Below, one piece after another: positions 12,880 to 25,807 of a DNA stretch of 64,000 nucleotides (its first letter is position 1; each line of letters starts with the position of its first letter). Source of the DNA: Eledone cirrhosa (Eukaryota); NCBI GenBank assembly GCA_964016885.1, contig OZ024745.1, positions 17,484,001-17,548,000 on the forward strand, given 5' to 3'. The translations under genes and the position numbers were made by a program. The notes under the pieces are model-generated. The model made no database searches. It was not told the DNA's origin and saw only the letters and a program-made list of their open reading frames with translations.

Positions 12880-14225
12880 TTCCTATTGTGTATATGCCAA
12901 CATGTCTGGAAAGCAACAAATGAAACCAACAGAATCAGAAAGAATTCTAAAGGAGATATCATCGAAATTATCAACACTTATCACAATGATACGATGATGG
13001 ACACACAATCCTCTATTTTAAAGGAAATAGATAAACAATCTACAGACGGAAAACTTATAACTGAACATATAAACTCTGAAATTAAGAATTTAGCTGAAAT
13101 TATACCAACAGTTATCAAAGATACAAGAGAAAGCCTACCACAACCCCCTTGGATGTCAGAAATAAACGAAAGAAATTTGGAAAACAAAACATCGAATAAG
13201 AAAAGAAATGTGGAAGACATGGACAAAATTCCTTAAAATAAGAAAACAAAATTTCTGGAAAGCATACAGATGCGAAAAATATGTCGAAACACATTCGAAA
13301 TGGCTCTCTCTAACGGCACCCATACTCCCTCGTAAATACCTAATTACAGAAATTGCAGGAGAACCAGAAGAAGAAACAAAACTCCGATGGGAACTTACAT
13401 TGACAAAATTCAGGACCGACATCTCCATTTCTGAATGTAAACAATCCCGCTACAAAGCCAAATATGAAGCTATTGATGACCAAATTGAAGTTGAAATTTC
13501 AAAGCTAACTACTGGTATTATAGCTGAAAAACTACGAGAACTATGGATCGGATATATCTCAAAAGAAGAAAACAAATCAAGAAAGGTATGGCAGCAGAAA
13601 CAATTATTTCTCGATGAATATGCTGCAAATTACGGTAAAGACTCTGGAACCCTGAGAAAAAGCATTAAAAGTGGACAATCTCATCAACACAACATACGCC
13701 AGAACACGTGCCAACACAAACACTCACCTTACCTTGAATCAAAGAAGAACTACGGTAATAACTCTTCGCTTTTTCTACAAAAACACCCTATCGCACACAA
13801 CATGAACAAAAAGCACAAACACGATAGGTATTCCTTTGACCAGACCATGAGAAGTAGTAAAACCAGGAGACCATTCTCAAGATCTCAACAGAGACTACCA
13901 ATAAGGAATGTGGAAACAAAACGTAGAATAACCAGATCACTCTCAAGATCTCAACAGAGATTGCCCACAAGAAACTGGACGAAAAATCGATCTAAACCTG
14001 AAAGCAAACCTAGGTCATTTTCCCAGATTGTTAAAAATAATGCTAACAGGAAGAAAAATAATATACAGAATACCAAAAATAGGACAAAATACATAACGAA
14101 ACCAAATATAATATCACGACCAAAAGTTCATCAAGCGAACACCAACAGGAATATAAATCCTGAACAGAAAAAAAATTAATTTGTTAACGTCAGGACAACA
14201 AAAACCGGAAAAAGAAAAACTCCAA
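12880..14225 (+). pseudogene. 5' portion of the PLE ORF (basic N-terminal domain), frameshifted and truncated
   Basis: ORFs 12847-13236 and 13208-14179; inverted near-identical match to 16625-17665. Confidence 0.8.
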
Positions 14226-14336
14226 TATTACACAAATATGACCCTCCCCAAGTATAACAATATTTATATATGTATATATAAATATATATATATATATATA
14301 TTCATATATGTATGTATATATGTATAGGTATATATG

Positions 14337-17300
14337 TAGAATGGGAATATTATAAATATTCCCTGACCACATATTGCCAGGTGGCCGCTTAGGGGTATCT
14401 GACGGACATTTGGGTCTCTGAATTGTTGACGGTGTACCCGTGCACGTTCCGATAGTGCATTTCCAGTTTGACCGACATATAGTTCTTCACAATTCGGGCA
14501 TTTAATGCAGTAAATTAGATTTCTGCTTTTGCAGTTCATATTTGCATTTGGGAATATTTTTCCAGTTTTTGTTTTCATATATTGACCGGCGTGTATGGAT
14601 TGACATGTGCCGCATCGATTATCATTGCATTTAGATACAGTGAATGATTGGTCTTTGTTGTTAAGGTCAAACTTTGCTTTTGTTAGCAATTGCTTCAAAT
14701 TGTTTGCCTCTCTTTTACTAACAGTCAAAGATCGATCTGTGATTAAGCCTTTTAATTCATTACTTTGAGCAATGATAGGTAGGTTTGCTTTGGCAGTGTT
14801 GAAGATATTCTGGTGACATGGGTTGTGTGTCATTATAAATGGTATGACCAGTTCTTGGTTTCTTCTTCCTTGGGTTGTTCTAAGTTGTTGTATAGGTATT
14901 TTTATAGCCCGCTGTATGCCATTTTCTATAAGTAGAGATGGGTATTTTTGTTTGAGCAAAAATTCTCTTAGTTCTGTTAGGCGTTTGTACCTGGTATTCG
15001 TATGTTCTACAATGGTACAAATTCTTCTGGCTAGGCAGTATGGGATGTTGCGTTTTGTATGAGGTGGATGGCACGACTTAAAATTCAGATATTGATGGGT
15101 GTCTGTGTGTTTATAATATATATCTGTGGTAATGGTGGTGTCGTTTTTGATTATCATTATATCTAGGAATGGTAATTTGGTCCTACTCATCTCTTTTGTG
15201 AATTGGAGAGATAGGTGTAGGTTATTCAGGAGGATATTGAACTCATCCAGAGTATCTAGAGATTCTGTCCAGATGATGAAACAGTCGTCAAGGTATCTCT
15301 TCCAAGATTTTTCAATGTACTTTCTAAAGTCAGTACTATATTTTTCCTCTATTTCTTGGTAGAGTTGTTGTTCTAAGTATCCCATTACAGAGTTCGCGTA
15401 AACGGGAGCAAACTTCGTTCCCATCGCTGTGCCTCTAATTTGGATGTAATTCTTTCCATTGAAGAAGAAAGTGTTGTTTTCCAGAATAAGTTTAACTGCG
15501 TCTAATATAAATGGCGCTGTGAATCTAATGGGAATCACTTCTCTATGTTTTTCCACCCAGTATTTAACCGCCTTTATTCCTAAATCATGTGTAATGTTGG
15601 TGTAAAGGCTTACCACATCAAAACTGAGTAGAAGTGAATTCGTTTCCGTGGTTTTGGGAAGATGGGACAGGAAGTCGATATCACCAGGATGAAACTGGGT
15701 ATGTGAATACATAGTGGTTTCAAAATAATTGTTTCTACTTTAGGCACAAGGCCAGCAATTATCCAGTGCATTACTGGTACTTTATTTTATCGACCCCGTA
15801 AGGATGAAAGGCAAAGTCAACCTCGGCGGGATTTCAGTGGTTTCAAAATAATGTCAACAAAATTGCTTAGACGGTGAGTGGGGCATGTTGGACCAGCTAT
15901 AATAGGTCTAAGTTTTAAGTCTTTTGGGTGTAATAATTTAATGTACTCACTGCCAGTTGTATTTCTTTTGACTTGTGAACTTTCGGTAGGCCATATAGGT
16001 TGCTGGCTTTCGGCTCAAAATTGGTGATGTAGTCTCTTTTCTTATCAGTAAATGAGTTGTGGTATTTTGAAGCCAGGTTGTTGATCTTCTTCATGATGTT
16101 GTGGTCTATATTTGACGGTATTTCATAGCAGAATGTTGTGTCTTTCATTTGTTCCTCAACCAAATCCTTGTAGTATTCAGTATCCATTATAACAACTGCA
16201 CCCCCTTTATCTACTTGTTTAATTATTATTGTTTTATCATTTTGTATACGTTTAAGTGCAGACATTTCTGATTTGTTAATGTTTGGCCTAACATTAGTAT
16301 TATGTCTAAGAGGAAATTTAGACAGGATGTCAATGTATTGGTCGAGATAGATATTTCTTCCTTTTGGCGGAGTGAAATTTGATTTATTCTTTACTAGTGA
16401 TTCATCACTCTCATTATTTTTATCAGCGAAGAATTCTACAAGACGTAATTTTCGACAGAATTCTTGGGTATCCTCGTTCAGTTCTTGGTGGTTGACTGTT
16501 GGAGTCGGTGTGAATTTCAGTCCTTTTGACAGAATTTGCATTTCATCATTGTCAAGATCTCTTTTAGATAAATTAATTATTTTAGGATCTACGTGTACAG
16601 CTGTTTTGGATATGTTTCCTCCTGGAGTTTTTCTTTTTCCGGTTTTTGTTGTCCTGACGTTAACAAATGAATTTTTCTCTGTTCAGGATTTATATTCCTG
16701 TTGGTGTTCGCTTGATGAACTTTTGGTCGTGATATTATATTTGGTTTCGTTATGTATTTTGTCCTATTTTTGGTATTCTGTATATTATTTTTCTTCCTGT
16801 TAGCATTATTTTTAACAATCTGGGAAAATGACCTAGGTTTGCTTTCAGGTTTAGATCGATTTTTCGTCCAGTTTCTTGTGGGCAATCTCTGTTGAGATCT
16901 TGAGAATGGTCTCCTGGTTTTACTACTTCTCATGGTCTGGTCAAAGGAATACCTATCGTGTTTGTGCTTTTTGTTCATGTTGTGTGCGATAGGGTGTTTT
17001 TGTAGAAAAAGCGAAGAGTTATTACCGTAGTTCTTCTTTGATTCAAGGTAAGGTGAGTGTTTGTGTTGGCACGTGTTCTGGCGTATGTTGTGTTGATGAG
17101 ATTGTCCACTTTTAATGCTTTTTCTCAGGGTTCCAGAGTCTTTACCGTAATTTGCAGCATATTCATCGAGAAATAATTGTTTCTGCTGCCATACCTTTCT
17201 TGATTTGTTTTCTTCTTTTGAGATATATCCGATCCATAGTTCTCGTAGTTTTTCAGCTATAATACCAGTCGTTAGCTTTGAAATTTCAACTTCAATTTGG

Positions 17301-17665
17301 TCATCAATAGCTTCATATTTGGCTTTGTAGCGGGATTGTTTATATTCAGAAATGGAGATGTCGGTCCTGAATTTTGTCAATGTAAGTTCCCATCGGAGTT
17401 TTGTTTCTTCTTCTAGTTCTCCTGCAATTTCTGTAATTAGGTATTTACGAGGGAGTATGGGTGCCGTTAGAGAGAGCCATTTCGAATGTGTTTCGACATA
17501 TTTTTCGCATCTGTATGCTTTCCAGAAATTTTGTTTTCTTTTGTTAAGGAATTTTTTCCATGTCTTCCACATTTCTTTTCTTATTCGATGTGTTTTGTTT
17601 TCCAAATTTCTTTCGTTTATTTCTGACATCCAAGGGGGTTGTGGTAGGCTTTCTCTTGTATCTTT
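14337..17665 (-). pseudogene. PLE ORF (N-terminal region, RT, GIY-YIG), interrupted by frameshifts and a SINE
   Basis: ILSKGLKFTPTP, IIIKQVDKGGAVVIMD, LYGLPKVHK, SFDVVSLYTNI, QIRGTAMGTKFAPVYAN, WKRYLDDCF, LPFLDI, YYKHTDTHQYL, GIY-YIG with CxxC and two His. Confidence 0.93.
15730..15835 (-). mobile_element. 5'-truncated SINE inserted in the PLE RT with a 17-bp TSD
   Basis: TSD agtggtttcaaaataat at 15713-15729 and 15836-15852; the body matches the 3' half of SINE 30911-31097. Confidence 0.92.
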
Positions 17666-17744
17666 GATATATGTATATATATATGTATACGTATTTTGTG
17701 TATATTTATATACATTTATATAATTATATATACACACACACACG

Positions 17745-17849
<105 letters not shown>

Positions 17850-18029
17850 GTCTTTTTAATGTATATTTGGTGTATACGTTCGCATGTGTGCGGGTAATGG
17901 TGTCGCGCGTGTTTATGTATGTGTGCGCGACTTTTTGTGTACGTGCTTGTATATGCATGCATGGCGGGTGTTTTCGGTTGCATCGATTTTCAAAATATTT
18001 AGTTCTGCGTTCACAGATTGATTTGTTTT

Positions 18030-18080
18030 AGTTTCAGATGATGCCGATAAGGGTGAAAGCAGCGATTCTTTGCTTAAACT
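18030..18080 (+). ncRNA. Hammerhead-like motif with CAGAUGA core, in a deleted pLTR copy (17860-18100)
   Basis: agttt-CAGATGA-t-gcc-gataa-ggg-t-GAAA-gca-gcgattctt-tgc-TT-aaact; homologous to 28980-29030. Confidence 0.65.
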
Positions 18081-18103
18081 TTAATCTGTTATTTTAATAA
18101 ATA

Positions 18104-18203
<100 letters not shown>

Positions 18204-18210
18204 CATATAC

Positions 18211-18241
<31 letters not shown>

Positions 18242-19304
18242 AAGAAAGAGGAGAGAGAGAGAGAGAAATAGAGAGAGTGAAAGAATATACCTTTTTTAGT
18301 AGTAATTGGATCGTTAAACGCCAACGTAATTGTTAGTTGTTTTTTCTTTTTTTTTTTATTTATATGTGACAAATGATGTATGTAAAGCTGATTGATATAT
18401 TTAATATAGTTCTTCTATATATAAACGTAAACTGCTCTTCCATTAAAAGGGCAGGAAACGCATGTTAAAATCTAGAAACATGCTAATCTCACCAATCCAA
18501 TGAAAAGTCCGGAATTAACTAAACCGATTCTATGGATGTACAATGAAATGCATTAAACCGCCTAATCCGAGTTTTTTCTTGAATAAAACCATGCCCCCGA
18601 GATATCAATTTTCTCCTTCAGTTAGTGAAGATCAGTTGACCAATTTAAATGGGGTGATTAACCTGTTTATAACACTATTATATAATGCATTTCTGCAGGT
18701 GTAGCTGGCAGAATCTTCCGAATATCTGCGAAATATTTTCTTAAAGTAACCTTTAAGAATAAATTAGCAATTGCTGTCAATCTCACAACAAATTGTCCAT
18801 TTTAAGCAGTCCAGTTTACAATAGACAGCTTCGTCCATTGACGATAAAATGTGTTTCTGTTGATAGATATGCATACGATTTCAATTATGTTATAAGGAAT
18901 TCCTGTATACACACAGAAAACTATTTATCAGAAATTATCCCTCCTTGAGTTTTATTTTCATAAGATAACGACACACATATACATCGTGTCTTTTGCTGTT
19001 CTTTTCACTTGCACACAGAGACAATTATATCTGACATTACGTAAGTATAATATAGTAAACAGGCGAACAATTGGTCGCACTTAAAGTGAATGTTAACTTC
19101 AATAAACTAAAAACGAGTGATTCATTCGTGAAGAACCAATCAATAAATGAAGTATTGTAAATAAATGAAGCCAAACTATCGTAGCATACATATTCATTCT
19201 AGTAACGATGTACAGAAACAAATATACTAGCTCTATATATTTGAGAAACTCAAAATATTGTATTGTGTATATCAAAACATTCACCATCATAATTTGCCGA
19301 TAAA

Positions 19305-19520
19305 GGACGGTGGATTGGCAGTATCGGTAAAGCCTAGAAGAATAAGTTTTGTGGCATATAGTTACATACATTTATCTTCTGAATTCAAAGTTCACCGAAT
19401 TTAGATTTGCCCTTCTTCATTAGGGGATAGATAAAATAAATTGTATTGAACTAAGGTGGAGTTAATCGATTTTTCTCTTCTCCCAAATTGTTGGTCATGT
19501 GCCTACACCGAAAGCCATTA
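19305..19520 (+). mobile_element. tRNA-derived SINE, diverged copy
   Basis: ggtggattggcagtatcggta...ctgaattcaaa...tttgcccttc...gataaaataaa...ggtcatgtgcctacac. Confidence 0.7.
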
Positions 19521-22020
19521 TATTGAGACGATGATAAGACATCCACGTATAAAATAAAATACATCTTACTAAGCATTTAGTCAACATTAAGGGGAATTAT
19601 GATGTATCTTTTAATAATTATAAATTTAAATCTAAGACAATTATAAATAAAATTCCAATTTGTCTCCCTTTATACGAGAAGGTACGATGGTGTTATGTAT
19701 ATATACTACATCACCATGTAGATTTCCCCCAAAGTTACAGGATGATATGTGTATTAATGGAAAGCATCAGGATAAATTTTGTAGATATTTATATTTGCAG
19801 CGCAGTTATTACTAGGAAACAATATTGTTCTGAACTTCTGGCTATTCGTGAGATCATTGCACACGGTTTATGATGTATACTGTTTTAGCACTTATGTTGT
19901 GAACATTTGTAGAAAATATAGATCTGTTTAATGATTGCTGGATTTTTGGTAACTCAAGAAAGGTAGAGAATAAAAATAAAAATTGAAATTAATTTGAGCA
20001 ACATATAAAATTTGCTCGGCTTCTAAGTTCTATGTGTATCCCTATATATGTGTGGTAAATACGACATAAGTGGTGTGAGGCTGGCTACGATGATGTTTGT
20101 GTGTAGGTTTATGGTTGTCCATTTAATTTTATATTATGTGAATGTACATACGTGTACGTAGAACGTGAATCTGGCTACAGTTTGTAACAGAAAGTGGTGA
20201 CCATATCTGAAATGTTGCCATAAATAACGAATATACATTAAAGGTAGACGTATTTTATGATTTAACAAAATTGATTTTACTTCTACAGTAGCATATGGTG
20301 GGGATTTTGAAGTGAGTATAATTTTAGACTTTGCATAATAAAGTCTCATGCGGAAAGTAGAGAATGACTGCATATACATTAAGAGAAGGAACATGACAAA
20401 AGAGAGGTAACTCTGATGTGAAATAAATATTTCCCTTCGAAAATAGCTGCAGAAAAAAGTATACTGAAAGTTTGTCTAACGCATACATGTACATTGCCAA
20501 CATATTATCAATATATATCTATGTTGTATTAACATATATGCACACACGCTCGAGATAAGATACATTAAACTGTGTAAAGTACTGTTTGGTGCCAGTGTGA
20601 AGGTCTATATATTTATATAAATATAGCAGGCATATCGACGTACTTGGCAGCCGATAAGATGAGAATGTTGATGTGGAGAGGAAAGGGACAGAAAGAAGAA
20701 AATAAGATGAGAAAGTCCACAGGAAATCATGACAATAGTATAATCGTGTTCAGAGGGTTGATGTTGGCCTGGTAGTCGTAAATCTTCTTTTGTGTTTGGA
20801 AGGGTCCATATCAATTGAATGAGTCATATATTGAGAGAAGTTATAGCCGGGATTGTTTGTTATAAAGTAAGATATGATGTATTGCAAATATTTAAAGTAT
20901 TACTAAATTAGAAGGGGAGGTTAAACCCTAAAACATCTAATCTATATTTCTCCAAGGAAATATTTGTTAAGGCATATCAATTCCGTCATTATCCTGCTTC
21001 CATAGTTCTTTCTAATTCTTTCCCTTCCTTTTCCCCTAGAAATGTTGCAAAACCTCGATCATGCAAGTCTTTGAATATTCAGCTAAATATATGAGTGAAC
21101 ATTCATAGCATGCAGTTGTGCAAGTGTCGTTAACCCATGAAAGCAATGATTGCATATGAATTATTGTGAGTTCTAATAATAAATAACCATTGGATTGTTT
21201 TCCATATAGATGTGCTCCTTTTTCTTCCACTATACATACAAACATTTGCACTCACGCAACACGATCACACATACACAGAATTACGAACACAAAATTACCA
21301 AAAACGTGTAGGCAAAAACGGTAAACCTGAGCCAAATAATATATCTATCTAATGTTACAGTTATTATCTTCCAAGTATTTTTCCTCGAGCAACAACGGTT
21401 ACTGTTGCTATAGCGTATTTGTTCCACATAGACAATAATTTTGAAAAATAAAACAAACAACTCTGATGGTCATTGAAATATTGGCAGTATGGCTGACGAA
21501 TATAGCCATATGAAACTGCGTTATGTTGAATTTTAGGGAAATCTGAAAAAAAATATAAGCCAAAGTAAAGTTTCAAGAATTCATTAACGGAAAACATGAA
21601 GTATGAACAAATTTATCTCGCCGTGCATCGCTCAAACTGACGCTCAAAAATATATGAACGGTGTGAAAACATTTGTGTATAACAAACATATGTAAGTAAG
21701 TATTAATAGAAAACGAAGCAAAACAATCAGCCAGTAAAGGAATATATACTTAATGGAAATTGTCTACTTCTACACTGTGTGGCAAAATCTGCATGTCAAG
21801 TATATAGGGAGTTTAACGGGAGGTTACTGTAGGTTTACCCAGCTGAACACTTAATGTTTAGGTTCACGTCAGTAGCGCGGTGTAGAGGTAAACAGAGTGT
21901 AAATATGAGAGTACAAGGACCATTTGTTATATCTTCATTACGTTTATTGATTGGTGACGCGCGTTCACTATTGGTCATCTCGAAATTTAGTCCGTATCGA
22001 TCTAGCCCCACATTCGTTTA

Positions 22021-22295
22021 TTCTAAATAGAATATTAGTCTAATGACTCATTTTATACCATAAACGTGTCTTTGTCTTTGCAAGAAATTGTTGTTCTCGC
22101 TCCACATAACGACGTAATTATCCTAGGTTTTTGCCGTTCATTGCAGGGAACGTCTTCACGAACCAAAGTATCGTCTTCCTGCATTCTGTCCGTTGTACCG
22201 TTTTTCGAAGTATTTACTTCTGCGTCCACAGATTATTTTTTTTTATTTCAGAAGATCCCGTTAAGGGTGATAACAGCGATTTTTTGCTTTAAAAT
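22021..22295 (+). mobile_element. Solo pLTR of the 25.7-29 kb PLE family with a degenerate CAGAAGA hammerhead
   Basis: Colinear with 28617-29030; ends in cagaaga-tcccgttaagggt-GATA. Confidence 0.8.
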
Positions 22296-22308
22296 GTATA
22301 TATATATG

Positions 22309-22572
22309 AAGGCGCATGGCTTAGTGGTTAGAGCATTGGGCTTGCAATCGAAAGGTTGTGAGTTCAATTCTCGGACCGGGTGATGTGTTGTTTCCTTGAG
22401 CAAGACACTTTATTTCACGTTGCTCCAGTTTACTCAGCTGTAGAAATGAGTACCGGTCTGCCCGCCCAGCCAGTGGGATGGCGTTATCTTATGGTTAAAA
22501 CAGCACGACGTGCTGTGACCAGCGGCGCCGGTTGGCGCCCGACAGACTGGTCGGTGAAGGTGATCAAGGTGA
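22309..22572 (+). mobile_element. tRNA-derived SINE with a conserved central domain (second family)
   Basis: A box tggcttagtggt and B box gagttcaattc, then tccttgagcaagacacttt...cagctgtagaaatgagtacc; flanked by (TA)n. Confidence 0.85.
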
Positions 22573-22669
22573 TATATATATATATACCTTATTCCAGGTT
22601 GAATCGAACGTAACCACAGTACGTAAGGTATTCAATACATAGCAGAGTATAACAGTTTTAATATAGATG

Positions 22670-22720
22670 AGATTCTACAGGACTAGAACTGTTTTATTCT
22701 TTAGAAATCAGCAGGAATCT
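22670..22720 (-). ncRNA. Inactivated copy of the 25210 hammerhead
   Basis: Reverse complement: agattc-CTGCTGA-tttctaaagaat-AAAA-cagttctagtcctg-TA-gaatct. 22655-22825 is an inverted homolog of 25105-25275. Confidence 0.7.
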
Positions 22721-23312
22721 GGGTATGCCAAAATAAAAGTGGTATATATAGGTCTTTTCAGGTGATAGGAGAGGGTGGGGAGTGGGATGGGTAGAGGTCA
22801 TTGGTTGAGAGAAAAGGGAATTCATTAAAAGCTAATTCTTTAAAGCTATAATATATATTTAGAGTGACAAAGGCAGAAAGAATTCTATAAACAAGTTCAG
22901 ATTGGGGTGCCACTCCTTATTTTAAGTTTCTCTTAAGCTAACAATGCCTATATTTCAGGTGTCTATAAGATCATTGGGGGTAGGTCATGGTTGAAGGAGT
23001 TCAAGAAAAGGGAAATTCTTTAAAGTTCCACTTAGTGTGACAAAGGCCAAAATAATTCTACAGACCAGTTCAAAATATTGGGTGCCTATCATATCATTAT
23101 CTTCAAATTTCTCTTAAGCTATATTCCAGGTGTCAACAGACACATTCACAACCCCCCCCCCACATATATATATATATATACAAATACATATATATATATA
23201 TACATACACACATATACATATATATATATATTATATATATATAAATATGAATATATATACACATATATACATACACACATATACATACATATACAAATAT
23301 ACACACATATAC

Positions 23313-23357
<45 letters not shown>

Positions 23358-23399
23358 TATATACGTATATATATATATATATACATATATATATGCATG

Positions 23400-23443
<44 letters not shown>

Positions 23444-23460
23444 TATATACACATATATAC

Positions 23461-23515
<55 letters not shown>

Positions 23516-23536
23516 TATATACAAACATACACACAC

Positions 23537-23583
<47 letters not shown>

Positions 23584-23616
23584 TACACATATATACACAT
23601 ATATATATATATTCAC

Positions 23617-23661
<45 letters not shown>

Positions 23662-23957
23662 TATATAATTTTTTAGAAATAAGACTCCAGTTGCATTTTC
23701 GATTTCATCTATTTTTATATATATATATATATATATATAAAAATAGATGAAATCGAAAATATATATATATATTTCGTTTCTGAATTTGTTTAGCAAGATT
23801 CTTTATCTGAAATCGTGTGTTGAAACCGATATTGTTATACCAACCAACCAGAAATTTATAAATTTATAAATTTGTGAATTTATAAATATATAATAAACTG
23901 AAGTGAATGCAACTGGTGCGTGTGTTTCTTATTGGCAACATGGCCCTCCCAAAGTAT

Positions 23958-24026
<69 letters not shown>

Positions 24027-24057
24027 CACACACACACAAATATATACATATATACAT

Positions 24058-24206
<149 letters not shown>

Positions 24207-24690
24207 CATATACATATACATACATATATACACACATATATACATATACATATACATATATATATATATTAGGTATACGATTATCCAAGATGTAGTAATG
24301 GTTAATTACTACACTGGATATGGTTGACGTACGGTGAGAGGTTACTCTACGAGTTATGGAAGAATTGTTGAAGAAACATAGTTCCTGATCCTTCTGTATT
24401 CCGGAGTGTATATAAAGAATGAATAATAACAGGTAGACATCATAAAAAGGTAATTTATTCCGTGTGCTTACAAATGTTTCCACGGTAGTACTACAGCCTA
24501 GTTATGCTATGTGCAAATTTACAAGTATTTGCAGAACTCAAGATATCTACAAACCACTCTCTCCTACTTCTCCAACCCCTGCATATCTTTCTCTCTCTCT
24601 CCCTCTCCCATACTTTTCTCACTTCCTTTTCTACTCTATCTTCCCCAACAACCCCACTTAAGGGTATTTACATTGTACATTTTACCATTC

Positions 24691-24802
24691 TGCTCTGAGG
24701 ATACAGTGGTCACAGCATTGGATATTTGAGTTCTGCAAATACTTGTAAATTTGCACATAGCATAACTAGGCTGCAGTACCACCGTGGAAACATTTTTAGG
24801 CA
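24691..24802 (+). ncRNA. Type I hammerhead ribozyme with long stem II, in a fold-back unit
   Basis: tgct-CTGAGGA-tacagtggt...accaccgtg-GAAA-catttt-TA-ggca. The inverted arm (24409-24547 vs 24721-24858) reads GAAA-catttg-TA-agca. Confidence 0.65.
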
Positions 24803-24849
24803 CACGGAATAAATTATCTTTTTATGATGTCTATATGTTATTATTCATT

Positions 24850-25054
<205 letters not shown>

Positions 25055-25209
25055 AATACACACATATATATATATATACACACACATACAAATACATATA
25101 CATAATGAATTCCCTTTTCTATCAACCAATGCCCTCTATCCATTCCACTCCCCACCCTCTCATACCAAATGAAAAGACCTATCTATACCACTTTTATTTT
25201 TGGATACCC

Positions 25210-25260
25210 AGATTCCTGATGATTTCTAAAGAATGAAACAGTTCTAGTCCTGTAGAATCT
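25210..25260 (+). ncRNA. Type I hammerhead ribozyme, intact
   Basis: agattc-CTGATGA-t-ttc-taaa-gaa-t-GAAA-cag-ttctagtc-ctg-TA-gaatct. Confidence 0.88.
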
Positions 25261-25609
25261 CATCTATATTAAAACTTATATATATATATATAGTTTTGTG
25301 AGATTTTTTATATGAAATAGTGTGTCGAAAGATGGCGCAGACATACAATACAACAGGAGGAAACATAATAGCACCACTGACGTGGTTGCAGATGTGCGGC
25401 GAAAGAATTTTGTTAGACTATATATATGTATTTGTGTTTATATTATATCTAGATTTTTTACTGTTGGTCAGTCAATGGTAACATTGAGAACCGAGTAAAT
25501 TAAATTAACTGAGATAAAAGATACAGAAGGGAAAACCAACCAAACAGTGAATGTGTTCCATTATTAATTCTGGCAATACTATTACACAAATATGACTCTC
25601 CCCAAGTAT

Positions 25610-25667
<58 letters not shown>

Positions 25668-25807
25668 TATATTATATTATATATATATATATATATTAGT
25701 TTGTGTGTAGGTTTATGGTTGTCCATTTAATTTTATATTTGAGAAGTTACATACATATATTCATGTACATATATTCATGTACATATATTCACGTACATAT
25801 ATTCATC

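Larger units (their letters stand above)
10956..17665. mobile_element. Complex Penelope-like (GIY-YIG) locus with tandem and inverted copies
   Basis: Order: inverted pLTR 10956-11209, internally deleted ORF 11211-12269 (+), pLTR 12270-12880, 5' ORF copy 12880-14225 (+), then a near-complete inverted copy 14337-17665 (-). The copies are nearly identical. Confidence 0.92.

Noticed and set aside
19732-19838. Hammerhead (GAAA-caatattg-TT-ctgaactt)
   Set aside because: The 3' half fits, but the 5' core lacks CU and stem II is unconvincing.
21457-21528. Hammerhead using CTGATGG or CTGACGA with GAAA-ctgcg-TT
   Set aside because: Neither register gives good stems I and II together.
22309-22380. tRNA gene
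   Set aside because: It has A and B boxes but a poor cloverleaf and continues into a SINE core.
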